The notes below the pieces were generated by a model. The model was not told the origin of the DNA. It saw only the letters and a list, made by a program, of their open reading frames with translations, and did no database searches. A program made the translations under genes and the position numbers. A stretch of DNA of 64,000 nt. Source: Bacillota bacterium. GTDB lineage: Bacteria; Bacillota; Sulfobacillia; Fermentithermobacillales; Fermentithermobacillaceae. The stretch covers positions 1,876 through 65,875 of the forward strand of contig JAXGQX010000006.1 of NCBI GenBank assembly GCA_040766225.1, given 5' to 3'. Below, piece by piece: positions 1-8,101 of the stretch (positions within the stretch are counted from its first letter, which is position 1; each line of letters begins with the position of its first letter).

Positions 1-780
1 AGGCCTGTCCTGTATATTGGATACGCCAGTTCTCATCAGTATCGTATGTAATTGAGGCGTGCCGGTCCCGGTCAATCCTCTTTGCATAGAAGTACAGGTA
101 CACAATGAGCATGCCGCCCGAAAGCAACAGGAAGACCACACGCAGCCAGAGGCCCGAATACAGCGGGACTCCTGCTATGCTCTGCGCGAGGGCGGTACCG
201 TAGGGGTTAAGGGTCGAAGCCGCATAGCCCTTGTTGACGGCGAGGTAGCAGATCCCGACACCCACTAGCGAATCCCACCCGAACGAAATCGCCAGCAATA
301 TCATCATCGGGACGAGCGCGATCACTTCGTCCACTATTCCGATAACTGATCCAAGCAGCAGGAAAGCCGAAGTCAACACCACAAGAAGAAAGTACTTACG
401 GTGCGAGATTGTTATGCAGAAAACCCAGAAGCGCTTCAGTATGTTGGATTTGTCCACCACGTAGAAACTCCGGAGATGAACTCAAAGGAACCGTTGCGAA
501 TAGCATCGCGTCGCTTTTAGCGAACATCACTTCACAGGAGCGGTAAACCACTTCCAAACTGGAAGAGGCTCCTGGTCGGAAGCTCACGATAGGTGCCATC
601 CACAATGGACTCGTATCCGTCGACATACCTTCGCTCGTACTCGCGCTTAGAGGCAGCACGCGCGTTAAGACACCGACCAGGATCAAAAAAGCAGGAAAAC
701 AGCGCTCAAAGTCAATATGAAGCCGGGAGTAATCCTGAAGCCGTATTGGCGACTCTGGTCAAGTGATCGTCGGTTGTCAT
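1..780 (-). pseudogene. yfcC: YfcC/DcuC-family membrane transporter, 5' portion (3' end lies beyond the window start); N-terminal ~125 codons broken by >=3 frame changes
   Basis: Own minus-strand translation of 1-400 is one open frame: ...IVDEVIALVPMMMILLAISFGWDSLVGVGICYLAVNKGYAASTLNPYGTALAQSIAGVPLYSGLWLRVVFLLL.... This is the conserved YfcC core (E. coli YfcC has ...NPFCVVVAQGIAGVPVLSGSGLRIV...). Between 400 and 780 the N-terminal pieces sit in three different frames (ATG at 780; EYERRYVDGYESIVDGTYRELP; FYVVDKSNILKRFW). It is absent from the ORF track because it runs off the window edge. Confidence 0.7.
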
Positions 781-902
781 GGCCTTAACCCCCCAGCGCG
801 AACTTCTGGACTGCCCAAACTCCGCTCGCGCACCAACAGAAAGCGGTAATATATAATCTGTATGCCCCTATAAATCACTGGCCGGCGGTTAGGGGCGCTT
901 CA

Positions 903-1828
903 TATGAAACTGCAACGGATTGCGCTACGCCTGAAATTGGGAACACCGGGTCGATCACTAAGGCCGCAGCGAACTTGTTCATGTCCCAACCAAACCTCAG
1001 CAACGCGCTTAGGGAGTTGGAATCGAAAATCGGGATCACCATTCGCGCGGACCCCGAAAGGGAGTTGAGCCCACTGCAGACGGCCGGGAATTCCTGTCCT
1101 ACGCCAGATCGGTGGTAGCGCAGGTCGATCGAAGATGGAGTTTATCTTCAGGGACAAAAACGCGATGCTGTGTCACTGAGCGTAGCGTGCGTCCCATCCT
1201 CCCATTTGATGAGATCCCAGTGCCAGTTCTATAGTGAGCAGCCGAGCCTTTCGCTTGACCTCAAGATAACGGAGACCACCCCGGTTGAAGGGTGCTGAGG
1301 CGGTGGCCCGGAGCGAGGCGGACGTGGGACGCATTGTCGTCCCTGAACAGAACCTCGCAGAGTACAGGCAACACGTGCAGAGAAGCAGACTGGTCATGGA
1401 ACTCATGTGGAAGGCCAAAGCTATGTCCTCCTCTCAGCGGAAAGCACGCTGGCGGACGAGGACATCCTGTCCTTTGATATGCTCAAGGGCTATACATGCG
1501 CACGCTATGCCGGTAAGGAGTACGACGCAGTCCCTTCCGGCGATAGCAGCCGCTGCTCACAGTGACAAATCTAGGCGCAATGATGGACGTGCTGTCGAGT
1601 TGTCACGATTCATACCTCTGGACCGTATCCACCCATCCGGACATCATGAAAACCTACAATCTTGTCGCCAAACCCTGCAGGGGCGCCTTCCGCCATCGAG
1701 GCAATCGTATACTCAAGGACAAGCCCAAGACACAGGAAGTATTGTGGTTACTCGACAAACTCAGGTCATCGCATCGTAACGAATACCTGCAGATGCAGGA
1801 GCCATTTGAGATGGAGAAAGTGCTATAG
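903..1828 (+). pseudogene. LysR-family transcriptional regulator, heavily frame-disrupted (>=5 frame changes)
   Basis: ATG at 903. The HTH region is readable in frame 3 (EIGNTGSITKAAANLFMSQPNLSNALRELESKIGITI) and continues after a shift as FARTPKGVELTADGREFLSYARQIV. Effector-domain pieces are spread over all three plus frames (ORFs 1285-1779, 1292-1477, 1562-1828): LSAESTLADEDILSFDMLKGY, DIMKTYNLVAKP and LKDKPKTQEVLWLLDKLRSSHRNEYLQMQEPFEMEKVL*. Confidence 0.7.
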
Positions 1829-1970
1829 CGGTAGCAAACAAGACGAAAACTCTCTTCTTCTACCTGTTCTTGCCACAACAAGTGGCCCATAGTGGCGATA
1901 GATCAGCCGGCTCTTCACCGCTCGCTCAGTACAGTAGTTCCCCCCACGCCCAAACGTCTCCGCATCTCCC

Positions 1971-2010
1971 CGAAAACAAAAACGCCGTTCCGATTCCTCG
2001 AAACGCCGTC
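1971..2010 (-). terminator. putative rho-independent terminator after tRNA-Leu(GAG)
   Basis: Minus strand reads acggcgtttcg-aggaat-cggaacggcgt (9 Watson-Crick pairs, 1 GU, 1 mismatch over 11 positions) followed by TTTTGTTTT. It begins ~13 nt after the tRNA 3' end. Confidence 0.4.
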
Positions 2011-2022
2011 TATGGTTTAAGT

Positions 2023-2105
2023 TGGTGTCGGGAGCGGGACTTGAACGCACGGTGTTCACCATACGCCCCTCAAACGTACGCGTCTGTTAATTCCGCCATC
2101 CCGAA
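2023..2105 (-). tRNA. tRNA-Leu (anticodon GAG), class II, CCA encoded
   Basis: Manual cloverleaf on the minus strand. Acceptor TTCGGGA/TCCCGAC pairs 6/7, with a T:C mismatch at 1:72. The D region TGGCGGAATTAACAGACGCG is typical of tRNA-Leu. Anticodon stem TACGT/GCGTA with loop TTGAGGG (GAG, G37). Long variable arm GGTG-AA-CACC. T arm GTGCG-TTCAAGT-CCCGC pairs 4/5. 3' ACCA. Confidence 0.75.
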
Positions 2106-2124
2106 TCGTCTAGTCGCAACGTCC

Positions 2125-2151
2125 ATGATACTCTTGCCCACACGCTGTCAA
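2125..2151 (-). promoter_or_regulatory. candidate sigma-A-type promoter for tRNA-Leu(GAG)
   Basis: Minus strand: TTGACA (2151-2146), 15-nt spacer, TATCAT (2130-2125), ~20 nt upstream of the tRNA 5' end. The spacer is shorter than optimal, so the call is tentative. Confidence 0.35.
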
Positions 2152-2210
2152 TAACCAACTTACTTTGGCGTCCGGGACAGATGCCCGGCGGCCAGGTCAT
2201 TCGCTTGTGC

Positions 2211-2581
2211 GCCTGTCGCCCTGGCCTCTCCGTTTCTGTCCGGTCATCGTCTCCGACCCGACAATTCTTCCGCTCCCGATAGCGATCAGCGGAAGTATTG
2301 TCCGCGTGCCGCCTGGCCCTCCGCTTCTGTCCGGTCATCGCCCTCACGACCCGACATCTCTTCCGCTCCCGATAGCGATCAGCGGGTATTGTCCGCCTCC
2401 GTCGCTCTCGTCCTCCGTTTTTATCCAGTCATCGCTCTCACAACGACAATTCTTCCGCTCTAGATAGCGATTAGCGGAAGTATTGTCCGCCTGTCGCCCT
2501 CGCCCTCCGTTTCTGTCCGGTCATCGTCCTCACGACCCGACAATTCTTCCGCTCCCATAGCGACCAGTGGAAAAATCGCAC
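2211..2581. repeat. tandem array of four ~91-95 bp direct repeats, each carrying a long imperfect inverted repeat (hairpin)
   Basis: Units by eye: 2211-2305, 2306-2396, 2397-2490, 2491-2581, with a degenerate partial copy at ~2188-2210. Unit 1 is gcctgtcgccctggcctctccgtttctgtccggtcatcgtctccgacccgacaattcttccgctcccgatagcgatcagcggaagtattgtccgc. The internal inverted repeat is gacaattcttccgc-N15-gcggaagtattgtc. The whole unit is conserved between copies, not just the hairpin. Confidence 0.9.
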
Positions 2582-2611
2582 TAGATCTGTGTCACTGTCA
2601 CTGCGATTCGG

Positions 2612-3586
2612 CTAGCGTGTTTCCGTCCGCGCAGCTTCCTTCTGCGCAGCCTCCGCCCGCGTAACCTCCATCACCAGATAGTCTGAGTGGTCTTGCTCGA
2701 AACCGTGCCTGGCCAGGACGTCCTGGATGTCGGTTGCAGTCGGAGGAAACATGCACTGAACCCGACCGGCCCCCCGAACCCGGGCAAGATTGGTCGCGAA
2801 CTCCAGGCACAATCCCTCGTCACCTGAGAACGCCGCCAAGTGAAGGGCCTGCTTGGGCATGAAGCGGGCTCCCAAGGCGACCAAGCTGCCAGAGGAAGGC
2901 TCTTCAAAGATCTTTCCTTCCCTGGCCCACGCTTCGCACAAGGCCGGAGTTAACCGGTAGAACGTCCGATTCATAACCACGAATCCGCCCCACCGGTCCT
3001 TCTGCGGCATAAGCAGTTCAACGGCCCGAATGGGATCAGTCACAGCCCGAAATGACTCGTTTACGTCACAACCGCAACTAGCAGAACCACCGCAACCACC
3101 GAAACCGCCGGAACCACCGCGACCGCCGGGCCTCGCATCTCCCCCTCTACCCGCCAAGGGCCGAGACTCAGCGCCCGCTGCCTTTGACATCCCCCGGTAG
3201 GTCCCCGCAAGGGTAAACCCGTTGCGCTCCGCAAGACCCTTGCTCACCTTGTTCTTCATGCCGGTGTACATTCGCATCGTCTTGATGCCCTTTCCCTCGG
3301 CTACTTCGAAGAATCTCGCGTAGAAGGCTTTCCCTATTCCCTGCCCCTGCGCCCGCGGGATAACGCGGAGAGCTTCCAACCAAGCCGAACCGTCCGGCAT
3401 AACGGTGAACTTTCCGCATCCGACCACTTCTCCGTCCATCTCGGCCACGCTGAAATCTCCCTCTGGGTCGCTGAGGAACTGGTCGAACACCATGGGCAAG
3501 TACTTCAGATTCGGGGTAGATTGGCTTTCCACCGCCAGGACCGCGTCGCGGTCTTCCTCGGTGACTACTCGTATGGTTATCTGCAT
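2612..3586 (-). CDS. two-domain GNAT-family N-acetyltransferase with a Gly/Cys-rich linker
   Basis: ORF 2612-3721 trimmed to ATG 3586 (GGTGG 9 nt upstream). The N-terminal GNAT fold carries the acetyl-CoA motif RVIPRAQGQGIGKAFYARFFEVAE. A linker GGRGGSGGFGGCGGSASCGC follows, then a ~150-aa second domain (FYRLTPALCEAWAREGKIF...LARVRGAGRVQCMFPP...LARHGFEQ) that may be a degenerate second GNAT fold. Confidence 0.8.
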   Translation of the reverse strand: MQITIRVVTEEDRDAVLAVESQSTPNLKYLPMVFDQFLSDPEGDFSVAEMDGEVVGCGKFTVMPDGSAWLEALRVIPRAQGQGIGKAFYARFFEVAEGKGIKTMRMYTGMKNKVSKGLAERNGFTLAGTYRGMSKAAGAESRPLAGRGGDARPGGRGGSGGFGGCGGSASCGCDVNESFRAVTDPIRAVELLMPQKDRWGGFVVMNRTFYRLTPALCEAWAREGKIFEEPSSGSLVALGARFMPKQALHLAAFSGDEGLCLEFATNLARVRGAGRVQCMFPPTATDIQDVLARHGFEQDHSDYLVMEVTRAEAAQKEAARTETR

Positions 3587-3653
3587 GTCGTTGTACCACC
3601 TATGTTTGGTTGTGCTTGGGCGTAGATATCGGACCCAACAACAGTTTCCAACA

Positions 3654-3753
3654 TTCTCGCAGGCAACACAAGACATCGGCGTCCATCGCAACCTTTCTTC
3701 ACCTTCTCGCAGGCAGCACAAGACATCTGCATCCGTCGCAACCCTTCTTCACC
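3654..3753. repeat. two head-to-tail 50-bp direct repeats in the GNAT upstream region
   Basis: 3654-3703 is ttctcgcaggcaacacaagacatcggcgtccatcgcaacctttcttcacc. 3704-3753 is ttctcgcaggcagcacaagacatctgcatccgtcgcaacccttcttcacc. 45 of 50 positions are identical, and 50 is not a multiple of 3. Confidence 0.9.
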
Positions 3754-3913
3754 TTTTTCCCAGCCCTTTGGGCCTTTGGGAAACTCAAAGCAGGAGACGT
3801 AAAGGTTGCTATTGAATGATCTGAGGTCCCCCTGTATGCTGTACTTCATATACCGTCTGCACCGTATGGTCAGTGATGAACGTCATCTGCAACGTGCCGA
3901 TGTCTCAAGCAGA

Positions 3914-3997
3914 GCAGCGGATGGAGCGGCGGACGGAGCGGCGGACGGGGCAGCGGACGAAGCGGCGGATAGAGCAGCGGAGAGAGCAGCAGAAAGG
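3914..3997. repeat. 12-bp minisatellite, 7 imperfect copies, abutting the trkA start
   Basis: gcagcggatgga gcggcggacgga gcggcggacggg gcagcggacgaa gcggcggataga gcagcggagaga gcagcagaaagg. It ends 6 nt before GTG 4003. Confidence 0.9.
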
Positions 3998-4002
3998 CTA
4001 GA

Positions 4003-5358
4003 GTGAACCGCATGAGAGCCATAGTCATAGGAGCAGGTAAGGTAGGATATCACATAGCCCGTAAGCTGGCGGAGGAATCCCATGACGTCGTCCTTATAGA
4101 CGCAAGGGAAGAAGCCCTGCTACCGGCTCGGGAATCCCTTGATGTTATGACCATAGTCGGGAACGGCGCATCTCCAAGAACTCTGGAGGAAGCGGGCGTT
4201 TCCGACACCGACATGGTCATCGCCGTCACCACGCAGGACGAGGCCAATATCATCGCTTGTTTGACGGCAAAGTATTACGGCGTCGCGACGACGGTTGCCC
4301 GCGTGAGAAACCCGGACTACACTGTCCCAGCGAAAGCGCTGGTCCACGGGCAACTAGGCATCGATCTCATCATCCATCCGGAGCGTCTTGCCGCTCAGGA
4401 AATCGTCAAACTGATTAAGGCTCCCACCGCTAGCGAAGTTGGTTTCTACGCTGACGGAAAGGTAGAACTTCTGGGTATTCGCTGCGACACTCCCGGCGCG
4501 GGAGTGCTGGGCAAGCCTTTGCATCAGCTGGCTTTGAAGAACTCCTTGGTGGTTGCCGTGGTCAGGGAGGGCGAACTCCTCATCCCTGACGGCAACACCA
4601 AGTTTCTCTTGGGAGACTACATCTACGTTCTGGGCAAGAGCGGCAACTTCGAGCGCTCGACTTTTCTGGCGGGTCGAATTCCCAGCGAGATACGCTCGGT
4701 CGCACTGGTCGGCGGCGGAGAGACCGGTCTACGCACGTGCGAGGTCCTTTCGGGTTACCGGCGAGAAGGACTCTCCGTAAAGCTAATCGAGATCGACCCA
4801 GAAAGGGCCCAATGGCTGGCCGAACATCTTCCCGGAGTGCTGGTTATCAACGGGGACGGCACCAACATGGACCTTTTGATGTCCGAACAGATCGGCGAAT
4901 GCGATGCCCTGATCGCGGCTACCGGCCAAGAAGAGACTAACCTCCTCATCGCTATGGTCGCGAAGAGACTGGGCGTGAAGGAGATAATCGTCGAGCTGGG
5001 GCGCGAGGAGTACAGTTCCCTGGCGGATACGATTGGCGTACACGCCACTGTGATTCCACGCCTTCTGACGGCCAGCACGATCCTTCGCTTGGTCCAGACT
5101 GACAGATTGGTAGACCTGGCCTTCCTGAAACAGGGACAGGCGGAAGTAATGGAAGTGGTTATCGCGGGGGATGCCCCTATCATAGGGAAGCCTTTGAGGA
5201 GCGCGGGCCTGCCCGCGGGTGCCCTAGTGGGAACCATAATCCGGGGTTCGGACGTCATTATCCCCCACGGGGATTCGACCATTCAAGCGGGAGACCGGGT
5301 GATTACCTTTAGCAGCATCGCGGCGGCTCCGAGGCTAAAGTCGATTCTTGGATTGTGA
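4003..5358 (+). CDS. trkA: Trk/Ktr K+ uptake system NAD-binding subunit TrkA (two RCK units)
   Basis: Intact 451-aa ORF. Two Rossmann motifs (IVIGAGKVG at the N-terminus, VALVGGGETG mid-protein), each followed by an RCK_C-like segment. trkH lies directly downstream. The start is GTG 4003 or ATG 4012. Confidence 0.9.
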   Translation: MNRMRAIVIGAGKVGYHIARKLAEESHDVVLIDAREEALLPARESLDVMTIVGNGASPRTLEEAGVSDTDMVIAVTTQDEANIIACLTAKYYGVATTVARVRNPDYTVPAKALVHGQLGIDLIIHPERLAAQEIVKLIKAPTASEVGFYADGKVELLGIRCDTPGAGVLGKPLHQLALKNSLVVAVVREGELLIPDGNTKFLLGDYIYVLGKSGNFERSTFLAGRIPSEIRSVALVGGGETGLRTCEVLSGYRREGLSVKLIEIDPERAQWLAEHLPGVLVINGDGTNMDLLMSEQIGECDALIAATGQEETNLLIAMVAKRLGVKEIIVELGREEYSSLADTIGVHATVIPRLLTASTILRLVQTDRLVDLAFLKQGQAEVMEVVIAGDAPIIGKPLRSAGLPAGALVGTIIRGSDVIIPHGDSTIQAGDRVITFSSIAAAPRLKSILGL

Positions 5359-5368
5359 GGCCTGACCG

Positions 5369-6804
5369 GTGAACTGGAGGAGCGTATTAGGCGTCTTTGG
5401 GTTCTTGCTCATCTTTCTTGCGGTCAGTATGCTTTTCCCGGCCTTGTGGGCGCTGCACTACGGGACTGCCGACTGGCTCGCTTTTGCCGTGTCCATCCCG
5501 CTGGTTGGGATCCCCGGGCTAATCTTGTACATGCGCAGAGGAGACTTGGCAGTAGGCCCTCGCGACTCATACTTGATAGTGTCCGGCGGATGGGTCATCA
5601 GCTCCATAGCTGCGGCGATCCCCCTCGTCATTTCTGGGGTTCTACGGAGCCCTGTTGACGCAGTATTCGAGAGCATGTCCGGATTCACTACGACCGGCGC
5701 AACCGTTATGCCGGTCGTTGAAGTGCCTGCGGCCGGCGTTTTGTTTTGGAGAAGTTATCTCCACTGGCTGGGCGGCATGGGGATCATCCTCATTTTCCTG
5801 GCTTTCGTGCCCAAGGCCGGTTTGGGCGGCTCGTTTCTTTTCCGGGCCGAGGTGCCGGGTCCCGAAGTAGAACGCTTGACGCCTCGTCTCCGGCAAACCG
5901 CATCCTCACTTTTGGCCATCTACGGAGGGATGACTGTCCTTCAAACCATCCTTCTCTGTCTGGCAGGTATGAGCCTCTATGATGCATTGATCCACACTTT
6001 TGGTTCCGTCGCCACCGGCGGCGGCACCAATAGGAACTTGAGCGTCGGGGCGTATCCAGAATCCCATGGGCACACTACATCATCCTGGTCTTCATGCTCC
6101 TCGCAGGCATGAACTTCAGCTTGTTCTACAGGGCTTTGACCACGAGAAGCCTAAAGCATCTTTCGTGATAAGGAGGCCCAGGTTGTACCTGGCCATCATC
6201 GCGATCGCGACCCTCATAATAGCCGTGAACGTGGGTAAAGAGATGGGCTTGGGCCAGGCGCTGCATCACGGGTCATTCCAGGTTATCTCGGTCATAACCA
6301 CGACCGGGTATATCACAGTTGACTTCGATAAGTGGCCGGACCTATCCCAGACGTTCTCCCTTCTCCTCATGTTTGTCGGGCGCTGTTCCGGCTCAACGGG
6401 AGAGCTCTGTCAAGGTCATCCGGTATCTCGTTCTGTTCAAGAGCATCTTCCGCGAACTGCGACGGATGATCCACGTAAAGGCGGTGCTTCCTCTTAGGAT
6501 CGGAGACCACGTGGTCCCGGAAAACACGGTCCGGATGGTGCTCGTCTTCATGTTGGCATATCTGGGCTGCGCCCTGATAGCCACCTTCTATCTACTGGGG
6601 TTAGGCATGGATATGATCAGCGCGGTGTCCGGTGTGGCTGCCACTTTGGGGAACATCGGACCTGGCTTGGGTACGGTGGGACCGATGTTTAGTTTCGCTG
6701 CGGTTCCGGCATCGGGAAAAGCCCTGCTTACTCTCCTTATGCTACTCGGTAGGCTTGAGATATTCACAGTCCTGGTGACTCTTGCTCCAGCGTTCTGGAG
6801 GTGA
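5369..6804 (+). CDS. trkH: Trk/Ktr K+ transporter membrane subunit TrkH (two frame changes in this assembly)
   Basis: Three overlapping plus-strand ORFs (5369-6112, 6066-6497, 6319-6804) tile one ~478-codon polytopic TrkH-like protein (SGFTTTGATV, TTTGY selectivity-filter-like motifs). Frame changes lie near 6050-6110 and 6330-6420. Confidence 0.85.
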
Positions 6805-6883
6805 CAAATCCTTCGCATTTTCACTAACGGTAATGAAGGGTTTGGTCGATGAGACCTACTAAGGCTGAACCTTTTGCGTCTTC

Positions 6884-8095
6884 TTGGGAGTGTCTACCAT
6901 GAACCGGCTCATCCGTACCAAGCTTACGGGCACCGATCTACTGCATCTGACCGGCTACTTCGTCACGGTGGCCATGCTTGGATTCCTGGCGATGGCCAGG
7001 TCTCTTGAGGGTGCTACTCTGCCGTCTTGGGTTTCAATCACGATTTTCGGCATCGCTGGCCTCGTGGCCCACAATGTCGTCTTCGTACTGCCGACGAGGG
7101 GTCAGACTCATGCCGGGTACTCCCATCATCATGACAGCCTTGTACGTTCACGGTCTCCCCCTTGCGTTACTTGCCGTCCTTCCCACTCCCTTCTTCTCCA
7201 CTTCTTCACTCAGAAGAACGGACTGATGAATTGCCTATTCAACGTCGGACAGATGGCGTTGTCGCTGATTGCGGCAGCTTGTTTGGGAAGTGCCATAGGG
7301 TGGGCTCCGGGAGCCGAGCTGGGCGCGTGGGCGCTGGCGATCCTGCCTATCATGGTGTGTGTCCATGAAGCAGTGAACTACGGCCTCGTCGCAGCTGCTA
7401 TCGCTCTTGAACACAAGGAGCCTTTTCTCCCGTGGTTTTGGCGCATAAGCTACGAAGACCGTTCGTACGCTATTCCCACTATCTACGCCGCTTCTACCAT
7501 TAGCGCCCTGCTCATTCACTACATGGGGCACGAAGGCACTGTAGTGGTATTGATAGGCGTCTTCGCTATGTTCGCCCAGTCACGTCTCCTCAAAGAGTAC
7601 GCGACAAAGGCCGAGGAATCCCGTACGGACGCGTTGACAGGCCTGTACAACCTCCGGTACTTGGAGGATTAGCTGAACAACGACCTGCACGCAGACACCG
7701 TCGTCTCCATCCTCTTCGTGGACGTAGACGGACTCAAAGGAATCAACACGATACATGCGGGCACGCAGCCGGAGATTCGGTCCTCATCCAGATCGGCGCC
7801 TACCTCGTCGAAAAATGGGCAAGGGAAACGTGATGCGCGCGGCGGAGATGAGTTTGTACTCCTTTGCCACGAAAGACACGTCCAGCGCAGCCGAGTTCGC
7901 GAGAGGCACTCTGCGTGAGCTGCAGAACGCCCGCCCGTTTATAACGGAACGCCTGTGAAGTGTGGCCTCAGTTTTGGGATCGCCACTTTTCCGGTACCTC
8001 CACTGCGGTCGAGAACTCGTCCGCCTTGCCGACAGGGCGATGTACCTCGCCAGAAAGGCGGAGGCAACACCGTCTACGTAGCCGATTCGCTGTAG
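6884..8095 (+). pseudogene. membrane-anchored diguanylate cyclase (GGDEF), disrupted by several frame changes and an in-frame TAG
   Basis: Polytopic N-terminus at 6884-7600, with the stretch ~7080-7225 readable only in ORF 6978-7226. The GGDEF domain begins DALTGLYNLRYLED, then TAG (7670-7672, in frame), then LNNDL...VSILFVDVDGLKGIN. The GGDEF motif appears in ORF 7718-7918 (RGGDEFVLL). The tail ...AMYLA.KGGGNTVYVADSL* is restored by further shifts; stop at 8093-8095. Confidence 0.75.
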
Positions 8096-8101
8096 GTCGG
8101 T

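Noticed and set aside
2106-2305. The repeat unit as a degraded tRNA copy or tandem att site. The minus-strand loop and 3' arm ATCGGGAGCGGAAGAATTG resemble the tRNA-Leu 5' end TTCGGGATGGCGGAATTAAC.
   Set aside because: The similarity is limited to ~17 nt with indels. The rest of the unit does not align to the tRNA or its upstream region. The 13-bp hairpin is not tRNA-like. The array also lies on the 5' side of the tRNA, not the 3' side where integrative elements duplicate sequence.
2087-2467. ORFs 2087-2347(-) and 2165-2467(+) crossing the repeat array and the tRNA as coding genes.
   Set aside because: They read through a tRNA gene and through repeats whose period is not a multiple of three, so the repeated peptide changes frame from unit to unit. 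This is incompatible with a conserved protein repeat.
2211-2581. A CRISPR array, because regularly spaced hairpin-forming repeats are present.
   Set aside because: The entire ~94-bp unit is conserved between copies, including the segments between hairpins. There are no unique spacers, the period is far longer than a repeat plus spacer, and no cas genes occur in the window.
3760-4002. A c-di-AMP (ydaO/yuaA-type) riboswitch upstream of trkA, as found before ktrA in B. subtilis.
   Set aside because: I looked for the conserved GGGGACCC / GGGGTGAATC / CCGTCAGCTAACCTCGTAAGCG blocks on the plus strand and did not find them. The only GGGGGACC match is on the opposite strand.
3806-4006. ORF 3806-4006 (AADG repeats) and its antisense partner 3883-4083 as real protein-coding genes.
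   Set aside because: The composition is driven entirely by the 12-bp minisatellite, and both strands give equally open frames. The N-terminal part has no protein-like features. The ORF is kept only as a possible leader ORF in the findings.
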